Shown here piece after piece: positions 28,153 through 41,884 of a stretch of DNA of 52,768 bases. The notes beneath the pieces are model-generated. The model saw only the letters and a program-made list of their open reading frames with translations. It was not told where the DNA came from and ran no database searches. Position 1 is the first letter of the stretch; each line of letters opens with the position of its first letter. Source of the DNA: Spizellomyces punctatus DAOM BR117 (taxonomy: Eukaryota); NCBI GenBank assembly GCA_000182565.2, contig KQ257467.1. One strand, written 5' to 3'. The translations under genes were made by a program, and so were the position numbers.

Positions 28153-30101
28153 ATGGATCCCCATTTTCGAAATCTGCTGCAAATGTCAGCGAATCGGCCA
28201 AAACCCCCAGAGAGCCCAAGTAGCCGACATTCGCAGCATGTCCGATCACGACCATCGTCAATCAACTCAAGCGCACTCCCTAGTCCATCCATGTCGTGTG
28301 GAAATAATGCGCCCTCTACCCCACGGAGAAATAAACGACGAATTGACGACATTTTGAGCCCGCGATCAAACAACGACAGGTGAATTGTTTTTCAGATCCT
28401 TTGAATCTAGAACTTTGATATTTAAGCTGCTGCGCAATAAACTAGAATATTGATGACATCCCCATGTCGCAACGCCTCAGCACATGCACTCAGATCACCG
28501 ATGAGGAATGCCTTTACGGGTTCACCACGGGTTGACGGAGAAGGTGGATATGATTGACTGTTTTACCTCGAGACCAGATCAACTAATCCTTTATGGTACT
28601 ACAGACGAGCCAGAAGATACATACTCGCTTTTAATGTATCGAGAACTACTCGATACGCCGTCAAAACGAGGGCGCTTAATTGGTCCAAGTCCACAGAAAC
28701 GAATCCTACCACCGCCTCCAGACTGTGCCCTCAGTCCAAAATACCTACGATCATCCCTCTCGGCGGCAAGTCAGAGTTTGGTACGATCACCGCAGAGGGG
28801 CCATTGGGAGATTCCTCGTAGTCCTTATAAAATCCTGGACGCCCCCGAATTACAGGTTGGACATATGCTGACGATTTACCTCAACCAAAATTGCCGCTGA
28901 GCTATTTGCCCAACATAGGACGACTACTACTTGAACCTGATAGATTGGTCCTCTACAGATATCCTTGGAGTTGGCCTAAATACTTGTGTGTACCTATGGA
29001 GTGCCGCCAGTAGTAAGGTAGAGAATACAGCGGTAGACAAGAAATTACCAGCAAAATCTAAAGAGAAAGTTTCACTAGGTCACAAAGCTTTGCGATTTAG
29101 GCCCAAATGATAGCATTACTTCCGTCAATTGGATGCAAAGAGTAAGTACTTTGAATGCTATGATCCATTTTTCGTGCCACTAATCCAACTTTTATTGTGA
29201 AAAGGGTACTCATTTGGCTGTAGGCACGGACACCGGGCTCGTCCAACTTTGGGATGTTGAAAAGGAGAAGAAGGTCCGACAATTTAAGGGTCACACCAAA
29301 AGGGTCGGTGAGTTACCATGATGTTTCATGGTGGTTATCCATTTCTGCTGGTTGACATAGAACATTGTCCTTCCTTTCAGGTACAATTGCCTGGAACGGT
29401 GAGCTTCTTACGTCTGGAAGCCGGGATAAAACTATCATGCAACGGGATGCCCGGATACGCTACGGACATGTCAGCATTCTCAACGCCCACACTGCGGAGG
29501 TGTGTGGGTTAAAGTGGAGTCCAGATGAAACTCAATTGGCCTCCGGAGGGAACGATAACCAGTTGATAATATGGGATAAGCGAAGTGATACACCAATATG
29601 GACACCAGCGAGCCCACATCAAGCCGCCGTGAAGGCACTGACATGGTCACCGCATAGAGTGAGTTATAGAAGTCATGGTCCGCTGCGAAGTCACCACTGA
29701 TTTCCGGTTATTTTGCAAAACAGCGACATATGCTTGCATCAGGCGGAGGGACCGCCGATCGGAAAATCAGAATATGGAATGTTCAAACAGGACATGCCAT
29801 GAAGCAGATAGACACAAATTCGCAGGTGTGCAACCTTGCGTGGGGAAAACAATCAGAACATCTTATCAGCACGCATGGTTATTCCCGAAACCACATAACC
29901 GTGTGGAAGCAAACAGAGACGTCACTGAAAGAAGTCGCGACTCTAACAGGCCACGGCTCTCGAGTCGTATATCTTGCCATGTCTCCAGACGGGCAGAGTA
30001 TAGTGACGGGTGCGGGGGATGAGACTCTGCGATTTTGGAAGATTTGCAACGCAAAGAAACCCCGGCAACCAGAGATTGACACATCAACATGTGTGATTTA
30101 A
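28153..30101 (+). CDS. Fizzy-related/Cdh1-like APC/C co-activator WD40 protein (divergent termini)
   Basis: PYKILDAPELQDDYYLNLIDWS, HTAEVCGLKWSPDETQLASGGNDN, LASGGGTADRKIRIWN, RVVYLAMSPDGQSIVTGAGDETLRFW. Confidence 0.9.
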
Positions 30102-30197
30102 GGATGAAAATCCGATTTTCTTCCAACTCTTACTTTACCATCATTGTTATCCACATAAGTATTAATGTAATATCTAGAATACTGCCACTTCTATAAA

Positions 30198-32718
30198 CTA
30201 TGATAGTGCCATTTCAATTGACCGTGATCGGACATGTCTTTTCGTGCGCTGATTTAGAAGCGAAGTAATGCTCAGTTGAAGGTCTTTCATTTGGAGCATG
30301 CTTTCTTCGTCCTTCTCGTCCAACTCCTGGTCTTTTCGTTTCAGCTCCTCCTTGAGCCTACCGACCAAACGATCACGAGCTGCAACATCTTCCTTCAGCT
30401 TTGCAATCTCTGATCGATCTCGAACAGCTTCGTCCCTGAGCTTTTGAAGCTCACTGGACGTTTCTTCCGCCTTTCGCAATTGCTTTTTGGCTGTTGCAAG
30501 AGCGCTCTCTATTTCCCCCTGTCGTGCTTTCAATGTGGCGATCTCCTCATGCAGCTGGGATCGTTGCTGCTGCCAGCGCTCGCGCTCTCGCTCGTGTTCA
30601 CGAAGAACCTTCGAATGTATTTGGGTATGATTTGCGGCGTCTACCTGCAAGCTATCCCGCTGTTTTGTAAGCGCCTGGAGTACGGATTCTAGCTCACGTC
30701 GACGGTCCTCCTGCAAACAGCATTCATAAGAAGAAGTTCGCCATAATAAAGTACTCGTCAAAAAGCATACCTCCTCCTTCCGAATTCTCGCCTCCGCATC
30801 CGCTATTTTCTCTGACCAGTTTCTCTTTTCAGCAAGTAATTTTGCGCGTTGGGTGTCGAGCTCCTACTTGCGGCATGTAAGATTGCGCTGATTTGCATTG
30901 CTAAAGTGGCATGACCAAAATACCTCCTCTGCTCGAGTCCGAGCGTTTTCGGTGACCTTTAAGCGATCTTCCATCTTTCGGATGCTTTGTGCAAGGTCAT
31001 GATCTTTGGAGGCTTCAACTGCTTTCAGCCTCTCATGGAATTCACGGTCTTGCCGCGCCAGTTGGTCTTTTTGAAGAGAAATGGTGTGAGTGATTGCGCG
31101 AGTGAAACCGACCGACTGAGTGACCGGGAAGTACCTTCGTACATGGTTTTCATGGCCTTTAATTTATCTTTTACTTTATCAAGCTCCTCAATAAGCATAG
31201 TTTTGTCTCGTTTTAACACCTCTACTTTGACGTCCGCCTCCCGCAAGGAAGCTTCTAATTCCAAGCTCTGGCGTTTGGCGTCGGAGAAAGCCTTTTCGCG
31301 CTGAGTTTCAAGCCGCAATCTAGCCTGGGTCAAGGATGAGTGCCTGCAAAGTCGACTAGAAGTGAGATTTTAAGATACCTCTCTATCAGTCAAGAGCTCC
31401 TGCTGTAGCTCCTTTACTTTATTTTTCATTTCAGTTCTCTCGCGGATTAGCGTTTCTTCTGCCTCTTTCATCTGCGCTTCCGCCTTTTGCAGCTTAGCTT
31501 CCAAGATCTTGTAAGCCTCTTGTGATCGCGAAATCTCCTTGCTTGCCATTGCAACCTGTTGCTCTTTTGAAGCCAAGTCTTTTGAAAGATTCGCAAGTGT
31601 ATCTTGATGGGTCGATGTGAGGGCGTGCACTGTGCTAGTTAGCTGATCAGCCTGGAGTCGAATACGTAGATCGTGTTTTCGCCTGTCCCGGTTTCGCTCC
31701 ACTGCATTGCCTGCACAGTATTGCATAAGAGCTCCGGAAATTCAACGGTGGCATTACAAGCAATTGCTCACCAATTGCTCTGGCAATGTCGTCGGGTACC
31801 TCATTTCCGGCCAGTTGTATTTCCTCTAAAACAGTGTTCCATTTCAGCAGATCTACCAACGCCTTAGATCCAAGAAGCCCAATGTTATTCCAGCGCAAGT
31901 CTTGTTGGTGGAAGTAATTAGATAGCTTGTCTCCAAAATCTGCACCAAAAAGTCAGCGTACCTAAGCATCGTAACGTGGTGTTGTTCCTGAGACATAATG
32001 CCAAAGATTGACATCCATTTGGCCCGATCTTGTTGTTACGCAGATCCAGCTCTTCCAAAGTCTGATTTATAGATAGAGCATCGGCCAGTGCTCTAACTCC
32101 CGCCTCCCATATTCCGATGCAATTCCACTCTAGCACCAGGCTGGTAGAGTAATAGAGTAATAGAAAAACCAATCTGTGAGTTTCGGGACCGCTTGGAGAC
32201 TGATCAACAGCCTTCTTACCATTTTAGGGCTGTGTTAACCTTTAACATTTGCGCCAAAGCTGTTGCACCATCTGCGCGAATGCTTTGATTAAAAGTTACC
32301 AACATGTTGCTACAATCTGCGTTACAGCGACGAAACGGGATCGAACCTATTGCCACGCAGATCAAGATATCGGATGGTACAGTTTGTTTTCAGAGCACCC
32401 GCAATCAATATGCATCCTGTAAAGAAGATTCGTTAGAAACACGTGCAGTGGCTAATGGCATTGAATCGGAGGTTTCAACCTCATACCGTCGTCGCCGACA
32501 AACGTATCAGCCAAATTGAGTTTTGTAAACCTCACATCATTTGCCAAAGCGGCCGCCAGAGCAGTAATATCTTTGAGCGTTGTGGACTGCCCATGTATAT
32601 CAAGAAGTTCGCTTGCTGCCACGGCCGTCCCATCGATAAACAGATCACCAAGAGCACGATGCGGTTCGATGGCCAGTTCAGTGCATTTTTGGATATAGGA
32701 GCTCTTGAAGGCTTCCAT
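30198..32718 (-). CDS. LRRC45: LRRC45-like centriolar protein (N-terminal LRR + C-terminal coiled coil)
   Basis: MEAFKSSYIQKCTELAIEP start. LRR exons LVLEWNCIGIWE..LSINQTLEELDLRNNKIG and DLRWNNIGLLGSKAL..LAGNEVP, then a long coiled coil, all as in LRRC45. Confidence 0.8.
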
Positions 32719-32872
32719 TAGCGATCGTGCTATTTAAATTGAAATGCATTATTGGCATTGTTTTACCCCGTAGTACGTGTTCCACTTACGTTTAAAGGTG
32801 TCAGCGGTTTTGAAGTTCAAAAGGCATCGCGCGCGCGCTGGACGCGTAGCGCTGCGCTGCTGACGAGGTCAC

Positions 32873-32886
32873 ATTGCTATGGCAAC
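32873..32886. promoter_or_regulatory. X-box (RFX-type) motif upstream of LRRC45
   Basis: ATTGCTATGGCAAC, close to the X-box palindrome GTTGCCATGGCAAC, about 155 bp upstream of the LRRC45 ATG. Confidence 0.5.
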
Positions 32887-33133
32887 AAGCCGACGATCGG
32901 TCAACCACCAAACGAATGCCTCCTGCCCAGATTCATATGAACAAGGTGGTGAACGGGTTGTGAAGGTGAGGACCAGAGATGCATCGCACCATTGTGACCT
33001 GAACAGCGCGCGGGGACTCTCGTTCCTCCCAATTATTCGTCATTCCTTCCGGGCTGACCTCTTGTTTGTGACTCGTAGATATCGTAATTGACAACGACGA
33101 ACGGTTTGTGTCGTCACAGCATACTCAGTTCCA

Positions 33134-33540
33134 ATGGTATTTGTGATGATATGACGATGGCTTGAACGCAAGACACTTATCTGCATCTACCGATGGCAGC
33201 TGTTCTACTCGTTCTTCAAGACCCTTGTCGGGAAGCAAGTTACGGTTGAGCTAAAGAACGACTTGGAGATCCGCGGTACACTCGTGTCTGTTGACCAATT
33301 CCTGAATATCAAGCTGGACGATGTACATGTTGTGGATGAACAAAAGTACCCGCATATGGTTTGTGTCTTGCTGGTACATGTTGTCATTCGATTCGAGCAG
33401 CTAATGTGTGGTTGCAGATGTCCGTGAAGAACTGTTTCGTTCGGGGTTCCGTAGTGCGATATGTATCTCTACCCGCCCAACATGTGGATACCGCACTGTT
33501 ACAAGACGCAGCAAGACGAGAAGCACAGGCTGGACGATAG
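33134..33540 (+). CDS. LSM2: U6 snRNA-associated Sm-like protein Lsm2
   Basis: ATG-only first exon, then LFYSFFKTLVGKQVTVELKNDLEIRGTLVSVDQFLNIKLDD..KYPHM/MSVKNCFVRGSVVRYV..DTALLQDAARREA*. Not present in the ORF track. Confidence 0.95.
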
Positions 33541-33755
33541 CAGTACGGTAGCATGTGGTGGGGTGTACATATAATGACAACGACGAGATGTTGCAAGTAA
33601 TGTGCTCAGGGCGTGGCATGCGTCCCCGCATCGTTTAATGAAGCGGTAATCAAACTGTGGAGGTGGATCCGGCGGTGGAATCGACAAGTGTTAGCCATTA
33701 CTTTTGCTCTACTGCAGAGCCAATATATTACAAGGTGGCCAAAATATTGGTCACG

Positions 33756-36700
33756 CTACTTTGCCGCCGCTGTCTTCAGCTTCAACTGTCGGAGCTTGTC
33801 AAACATGTTTTCAAGTTCCTGATCCTTGTCGTCATCCTCTATACCCCCTCTATGGAAAGAGATGTTACTCCCGCGTCGTGGTAGCAACGCGACCTTTATG
33901 GGACCAAAATTGGGATCATCTTCTTCAGTCCCGTGCAGCTCGTCATCAGCATCAAGGAGAAAGTCCGGTATTTCTTCATCTGCATATAACGGGTAAGATT
34001 TGTGGATTGAGCAGGACTTGATATGTCTCCTACCTAGCCAATCGTCAACTTCTCCAAAGTCAATCGCCGGCGATGACGGACTCTCCGTACGACTACGGCT
34101 TTGTCGGTTGACTGTTAACAAGAGGTCAAAGTCCAACAAAGCCAGGTCAGGCCAAATCCTTTCATTTTGCCAGCAATGAGATTGCAGATTGCACATACCA
34201 GGGGTTTTGGAATTTCGTAAAGCGATGCGTTTTGGAGTGTGTAACATCTGCAGCAATCCTTGCTTGGGTTTCTTGCGTTGCGAGTTGGGACTTTTCCCCA
34301 TTCTTCCATATGAATTATTTTTTTCCGAAGTCAATAATGACTTCCGATGGCGGGTACGCGGGGATTTACTGTCTGGACTTCGCTCCAGGTTCTCTTTGTC
34401 GCTTTGATCATTATCATCTGTCAACAGTGAATCGGAGCTGGAGTCAAATGTAACAATCTGGGATAATTTACTGGGTGTCTTGGGTCTGTACGCGTTGACA
34501 CGAGAGGATGTATGTCTAGCGCTTGTTGCTGACCCACGAACGCTGTTGGAGGCCAAGGTCTGGTTTTGAGACTTCTCTGGAGTTCGGGCAATCTCTTTCT
34601 GAGGATGGAACCCCTGATTTCCTGACACCAGTAACGAACTTGAGAATCAAGACCCTTGTCAGTATTTGTAGAGCAGTATACATACCTAGCGCAGCTATGG
34701 GATCCGCGATGTTCTCAGGTGGTTCAGTCATCTCGTTCAGATCGTCTTGAAACAACCCTGTATGCGTATCGGAGAAGTTTAATTGATCAACCCTACCAGG
34801 CGATATGCTGGAGCCAGCGGGCGCAGAGGGAACTTGAGGGACGGGGCCGATTTCAGTGTGAACGAAGTTGACAATCTGCCAAAAGAAAGTTGTATCAGAA
34901 AATGAGATAAATGTACTTCTGATCGCTACTACCCCAACCGTATCACCTGTTCGCAAAGCAAATCGTATGCGACAGTTGGTTCTCGCTGGGAATGTGCGGT
35001 GGATGTCCGTGTAAAGCTGGAGCGACGAGGGGAATTGCTGGTCCGTGACTTAACGAGACTGACGTTCTGGCTAGCGGATGCACCTTGCTTATCTACAAAC
35101 CCGCGCATATTTAAGCATTGAATGACATCGAAGGTGGGATACAACAAAAGGCTTTTACCAGGTACTCTCTTCTTGCTGCTGTTGGTTGTTTTCTCCTTTA
35201 TTTTCCTCTGCAACGTGGTGCCTGGACGTCAATGAAACGACCAAATTAATACAATGAACGATTCGCCTGTAATTACAGCGAACTGCATACGAGAAGGAGA
35301 GCCCAAGCAAGGCTCCGATGCCTTAGAAGGTGGCCTAGTCCTGCACTTTGCTGCTGATGAAACTGTGGGTGCCAGGAGCCTGGATGACCGGCCATGACCT
35401 TTAGGTGTCGCCGGCGGTGTGACTGACAAACAAACAATTAGCTACAGGTCGATACATACGGCTGTCGCCAGCATCGTACCTTTGATGTCTTTGTTGGATG
35501 AGACTTGGTGTGAAGAATCAAAGTCTATAATGCCCATTCTAGAGGAAGCCGCTGCGACTAGGCGCTCTCGCATGGCTCTGGTCGAAGCAGCTATGGACGC
35601 AGAAGCGGCGGCATCCATAGCGCCGGTGACCTCAGATCGCACCATATCATTTATTGCCGCCACAGCCTCCGGAGTAGGAAGCTCGCTAACAATTTTAACG
35701 ACAGTTGGTGTGCTGATGTCCATGTCCGGTCCTGGATTCTCGTTCAAAATTGTATCTGACGTCTCCTCTCGATTTTGTTTCGGGGGTGTATCATCATACT
35801 TGGAGCGAACGCCAGAACGGTTCGCAGCGATACTTGCTCGTATGTCCACCAGCTGTGTCTGCATATCACTCTTTAGTGTCCTTATTCTGGCAAGTAGTGT
35901 CTCTTGCTTGCAGAGCTGATCCGCTACCAGATCCGGCGTTTCCGAACATGCTATCGATGAGGGTCTCTGGTCACATTCAGATGTTGGGTTGAGAACTGAT
36001 CCTTGAAGGGTTTTCAACAATTCAAACTGGGCAATGCTCCAGAGTCTCGTGATAGCAGTTAGGTCCAGTCTACCATCAACATAAGGTCGCGTTGTGACGC
36101 GTCCATCCCCATTCTGCAAACCAGATGGAAGCTCAAAGCACATGGATGTGTTCTCTAAGACGCAGTCACTAGTATGCCCCTTCAGAATGTCCTCCGTCAT
36201 ATCCATATTCCGCCGGTTCTCTTTCATCCAGTCAATTACCGTAGTCCATCCGGCCGAAATACGACTAGTAGTGTTCGCACGCTGGGAGAGGGCATCTTCC
36301 AATTTGGAGGAATCAAAGGCAGTCTGAAGCTCTTCTTGCAGCCGGCTGCGAGTCAAATGAGCGTCTTTCTACTCGACGAAAACGGGCGCCCTACTCAATA
36401 AAAAGTCCAGTTTACCGAATGGCATTCAAATGCTCACCTTCCGACAGACCAGGTCTTGATAGTCATTAGTAAGTTGCTCTGCATACGACTTCCACTGCGT
36501 TTGCAAGTCTGTTCGGGTCTTTTCCTCAGCCAAGAAGTCATGTGCTACAGCTGTAATCCGCACCTGAGAAAGTTGTCAACGCATCATTCGAGGGAAATCA
36601 TCGAAACACCAAAAGTACCTTCAGCGCTTTCATCCGTAGTTCCTCCATCAAAGAATCTCGTTTCCCACCCTGTGGACGACCTATACGTGTAATCAAACTT

Positions 36701-37345
36701 TCAGCATATGGTGTCGAGGAAACGTGATGCCAAAGTGAAAACGCACTCAAGGATACATTTTGATTGGACCCACAAGAGCGTTCGAAGCTTACTTTCAGCA
36801 CATAATGCGAAAGAGCAAGTAGCACTCGCTCAAATCTGAATTAAGAACAAGTTTTACTGAGACTGTACTTGGATGAATAGCACCTCCTATTGATGAAGCT
36901 GGCCTGACCTTTCCCCTCTGCATTCATCAAAATAGGACCGTCGGACCAAAACGTCTGATGGGATATGCCCCTCCTTCTTCAGAAATTCTAGCCACTTGAC
37001 TGCAACATTCCGAAATTCTCGCCCTTGCCCTCGGTCCACAATAGGCCAGCATTTGGCGAACCGCTACATGCACGCAATGTACAGTCAAGTAAGTTCACCG
37101 GAGATTAAGGAGGGCGCGTGCGCGCTTGCTCAAGTGTTCATCCTCTACCATAATCCCACCTCTTTTGATAAGACCGGGTCTAGTGTGCCGAAAAGAAACC
37201 TCAGCACAACCTCCATTGATTTACTGGCACCCGTGTGTCCCGCAAACATATCTCGATGTAGGGTAACCCCTGGGTAGTGTACTGGCTGCAAGCCCAGCAG
37301 AAGCAAATTGCCCCAGAATATGGACCGTAAGTCTAAAGCGCTCAT
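33756..37345 (-). CDS. HAUS6: HAUS augmin-like complex subunit 6 homolog (multi-exon, long low-complexity C-terminus)
   Basis: IFWGNLLLLGL..LHRDMF..MEVVLRFLFGTLDP../RFAKCWPIVDRGQGREFRNVAVKWLEFLKKEG resembles the HAUS6 N-terminal domain. Downstream exons join in frame through GT-AG introns where checked. Confidence 0.75.
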
Positions 37346-37519
37346 CGAAGCTGTCGTCGTTCCGTTATTGTAGAAGGAGGCATAAAGCAAGATCGGCAGG
37401 ACTAGTTAGATCCACTGCAACCTTGCTTACCCAGACGCGTCCAGACTGTCGGACATGCCAATGTAGGTAACATGCTGGAAGCACGTCTGGTGCAATGCGC
37501 TGATCGTACATTTAACGCA

Positions 37520-40500
37520 ATGAGCGATCAGTTGCGCCGCCAGGTTAGTTTTGACGAAACTGACCTGAGCGAGCTGGAGTATGGCAGTCCGATCGGTGGG
37601 TTTGGGCTATCTCGAAATATACTTAGAGGAAGCAGCGGCGTGGCGAAAATGGATTCAACCCCGACCGGTGTGATTGGCACTGGTCGGTTGTCCAGTAAAT
37701 CGGTCAGTCGCTCGCGATCTATGGGGAATTTTGATGAAACTAAGGTAAGGACATATTTACGATGTATGGCATGTACTGTACTCAAAAGCTCGTGATCTCA
37801 CGAATTTAAGGCCAGAGGCAAGGACCCAGCTTCTCAAACGGCGGAAACGTCGCGGACCAGGACCGCCGAGGCATCTTCCTACTTCTCCGAATTCTTAGAT
37901 GGTTCGACTATGGTACCGACCCCCGGGGACACGAGGACGTGGAGATTCTCAAAGACGGCAGCGTCGCCGAAAGATGCGGACAAACCGATACGCGCGAAGA
38001 TAAGGTCCGTGGCCGCCGATGTGCAACAAGAGCGAAAACAACCTACTGGAAAAGTCCCTGTTGATAAAATGAATGACTCGCCACTAAAGCCGCGAGTGCA
38101 ATCTTCAATCCCAGTGGTACGCCTTTCCTGCTAGCTCATGGTCATAAATCATAAAACGCTCATGGGTCAATGCATAGCCGCCTGCTGGCGAGAAAGAACC
38201 ACTCGGATCTCTACCATACGGCGAACAGGAGAAGCTTGTGATTCATGATTTGCTTTATGTGCTAATGGTGAGTTCGTTATCTAGTACTGAGCTCTATCCT
38301 TCCGGCTGATGAATTAGGACTGAAGGGCATTGAGGGCGCCTATATTCAACGCAGCGATGTAGAAGTGGAAACGACCCAGTCATCCCCATTTCGCTGCGAT
38401 TCTACTATGGGTAAGCACTACGGTGGTCATCTTTTGCCCAACGTGCCAAATCTGACCGTAAAGATTATGTATATATCGCTTAGATCAATCAATTGCCGAA
38501 CTGGTGAAGCGGATTTTACCCCTTGCGGGTAACTTGGAAGTAGTTGAGCGGTTTATCGACTCCCACTCAAAGTTTGAACATGGGCGAGTACAGCATGCCT
38601 TGGCAGCAACCATGCGAAGTCTTGTGAAGGTCAGATGAGACACGTTTACAATGAGCATAAAAACGTTTCATTGTGTGCTAACATTAATTTTAGAACTACC
38701 TTTTACTTATAGTTCAATTGGAGCACCAAGCTCTTACTGCCCCAAACTTTGGACTTCAGAAGTTGTGGTTTTATCTTCATCCTTCCCTGACCACTATGTC
38801 AGCTCTGGCATCATTGATTAAAGCGATTGCCGAGGCGGAAGAGACCGGAAAGCTCAAACCAGAAGAGGGCAAAGACGAGCTGACTAAAAGTGCTTTGACC
38901 CCGGGAAATCAGGCTGGTGGTGGCGTCTTACTTGGGATTCTCTCCCAACATATGCTCTCTTTCAGTGGGTGAGTTGGCACTGCTCGGTTGACATGAGAAA
39001 GCTGAAGAGCGTGTGGGGACTGACACGGTGTCTCAGGGATCCTGTTGTCAAAGCACTCTACTCGCAACTTCTGACCGCTGCTGCGGTTCCGTACACAGTC
39101 ATGTTGAGGACTTGGATAAATTCTGGGGAAATCATCGATCCGTATGATGAGTTTATGGTGCAGGAGAAGCGCGGGATGGACAAGGAGCAGCTGTCTGAGG
39201 ATTTCAATGATGTTTACTGGGACAAGCGGTACACCCTCCGACACAGCTTTGTTCCGGACTTTCTAAAGCCATATGAGGAGAAGATCCTGCACGCAGGCAA
39301 ATACCTCAACGTCGTACGTGAATGTGGGAAGGAGGTATCAAAGCCATATGCAGAACTACTGGACGAAAGTCGCACCCGGGCAACAATAGGAGACGCCATA
39401 CAAGCGGTTGGCGGAGAAAGGTGCTTGATATTTGTGTGGTACGGAAATTTTATCCAGTCTAATAAAACTCCCAGATTCGTCCAGGATATCGAAGGTGCTT
39501 ACCGGTATGCCAACACCACGTTGCTAAGCCTACTATTTAATGACTACCAGCTACTGGCAAGGCTACGGTGAGAGGGATCTCTTTTGTATGACAGCTATGA
39601 AATCCGTGACTCACGTCTGAATAGTTCCATAAAGCACTTCTACCTGCTTGAGCAGTCGGACTTCCTGGTCCACTTCCTTGACGTGGCCCATGAGCATTTA
39701 CTCAAACCTATCGACGAAGTGCCCATTGAGCAGGTTGCATCGCTCTTGGAATTAGTTTTACGAAATCCTGCCGCAGGACCCCGCAGCCATGAATACAAAG
39801 AGGACGTATCAGCAGAACTCTGTCGGACCCACTTCATAATTCAGCTGATAAAAATCAGCACGGTTTGTGGGAACGTCTTTGATTTCGGCAGCAAATCATT
39901 TTTGGAAGAAGAGCTTCTCAGAGCAAGGAAGAAACAATCCGGTAAGTAGAAGCAGGTCTACGGAGACCAACGGTCATGCAATTTGCTCATATGGCGCTGT
40001 ACATCAGGTATTCAAGCATTCCAACTTCATTACGATGTCCCGTTTCCCACCTCCCTCATTATCAATAAAAAGGTCTTGGTGAAATATCAGGTTATTTTCC
40101 GGCATCTATTTCAATGCAAGTATATTGAGCGGCAACTGGGCGATGCTTGGCGTCATCAATTGAAGTCGGGACTGTACAGCAAGGGGAGAAGGTTTCGCCG
40201 AAACAAAGGGCATCAGCTCTTTACCGACTTGGACAGTGAGGAAGAGGAAGCTTTGGGTCGCGAAAGGGAGGAGTCACTTTTTATGAGCCGAATGTGTGCG
40301 CTGAGAGCGAAGATGCTCCATTTCATACAGCAATATATGTACCATGTCGGCTATGAGGTGATTGAGCCGACCTGGTCAAAGTTCGAGGAGCGGCTGCAAA
40401 AGGTAAATGTTGCGATTCATCAAGCCTCTGATGACGAGACTATAAATTCTCTCCTATAGGCTCCAACCATTGAAGCTGTCATGACTCTCCACGATGATTA

Positions 40501-41086
40501 TCAAGATGCGCTGTTGACAGAATTGATGCTTTCACACCTGGGAATGGTGAAGGTAACTAAAGTGACAGGCAATCTTCTTGCACCCGATGCACCATTGATC
40601 TAATTTTCCATACAGGTGTTTAGAAAGCTGATGTCTATATGTATAGACTTCTGCATCTTTTCGCATTCATATACGCGCTTCAAAGCGCCGTACACGTTCG
40701 TTGCTGGAAAGGCGCCTTCCGAGTATGGCATCCCGGACAATCTAGCTCACTCATCACACCCATCTGCGATACCTGATCCCCTCTCTGACGCATACATATC
40801 TGCAACTGGTGGAACAGTTCTGAATGCCGAGAACGCAAACCAAACGCTGAAAGAGTTGGAAACTACGTTCGTACACCAGATGCGGACGTTAATTGACACC
40901 TTGAAGCACCATGCGACCACCGACGATTATCTGTTTGGCAACTTTGCGACGAGACTAGATTACAACCTGTATTACGCAAGGCTTCCACCGGATCTATCCA
41001 TTGTGGTTCAGGTGCCAATGGAGGAACCAGATTTGCTAAATTCGGCCATACCGGACGAATATGGCACATCGTCGCGTCCAATGTAA
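37520..41086 (+). CDS. TUBGCP2: Gamma-tubulin complex component 2 (GCP2/Spc97/Alp4)
   Basis: QEKLVIHDLLYVLM/GIEGAYI, LQKLWFYLHPS, DPYDEFMV..YWDKRYTLR..KILHAGKYLNVVRECG, SIKHFYLLEQSDFL, YDVPFPTSLII..KYQVIFRHLFQCKYIERQL. The start codon could instead be 37472. Confidence 0.9.
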
Positions 41087-41224
41087 TTTTGATTAATACC
41101 ATATGGTATTCTCTTGTAAATAATAAGAATGTGTTTATAAAAAGGTAACCCCTTAAGATGTAAATGGTCATGATAGTTTACAAGGTGCTCACGCACAATA
41201 ACGGTACTTCGCAGCTGTCGTGCC

Positions 41225-41884
41225 TTAGGCTAATCCTTGCCGCTTCAAACGGGCCAGCTGCACTTTAGCCTTGCTCTTCAGATATTTCTTTTGCCTTTTT
41301 GGGATTTCAACAGGATACGGATCTATGCCACGCCTGTGAATGCATGGTCAGTATCTACTCACAGAACTAACGGGGACAACACAGGAACAGTCTCTACTCA
41401 CTTGTACCATTCTCTCCATCCCATTATATACTTGCGGTGTGTGCACTTTACTCCCAATTCTTTCTCCATTTGGTCTGCTGTTACCGTGAAAAGGTGTTCC
41501 CAGCTCTTGAACTTGTCTGCATATGAATCACATCCCCGGCCAATCGCGGTGAGGAACGTTTTCGGGTCAGTGAACGGACCTGTTAAATAATTACTCGATC
41601 GTCAGATCACACAGATCACCGGGTATTCGAGAAAGGAACTCACCTCTGGTTTTCGGAACAAAGGTAGCCTTCTCCTTTGCAGGCAATTCAACGTATTGTG
41701 TGGCGAGATTCCAGTTCGCTATGGGCGCCGTCATTGAAATCCGTTCTTGTTTGAATTCCGTACTTTGAGTGCGTGAGGTTACAGAAAAGCATCGTTGCAT
41801 AGGAAGAGGGGAGTAAGTGGCAATAGAGCAAAGAGCCCTAACGGCCGTGGCTCGTTGCAGCCGCTGTATAAGCTGAAGAGACAT
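41225..41884 (-). CDS. FYV4: Mitochondrial small ribosomal subunit protein mS41/Fyv4 (IGR domain)
   Basis: Presequence, then VPKTR/GPFTDPKTFLTAIGRGCDSYADKFKSWEHLFT..LGVKCTHRKYIMGWREWYK/RGIDP (IGR motif). Confidence 0.85.
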
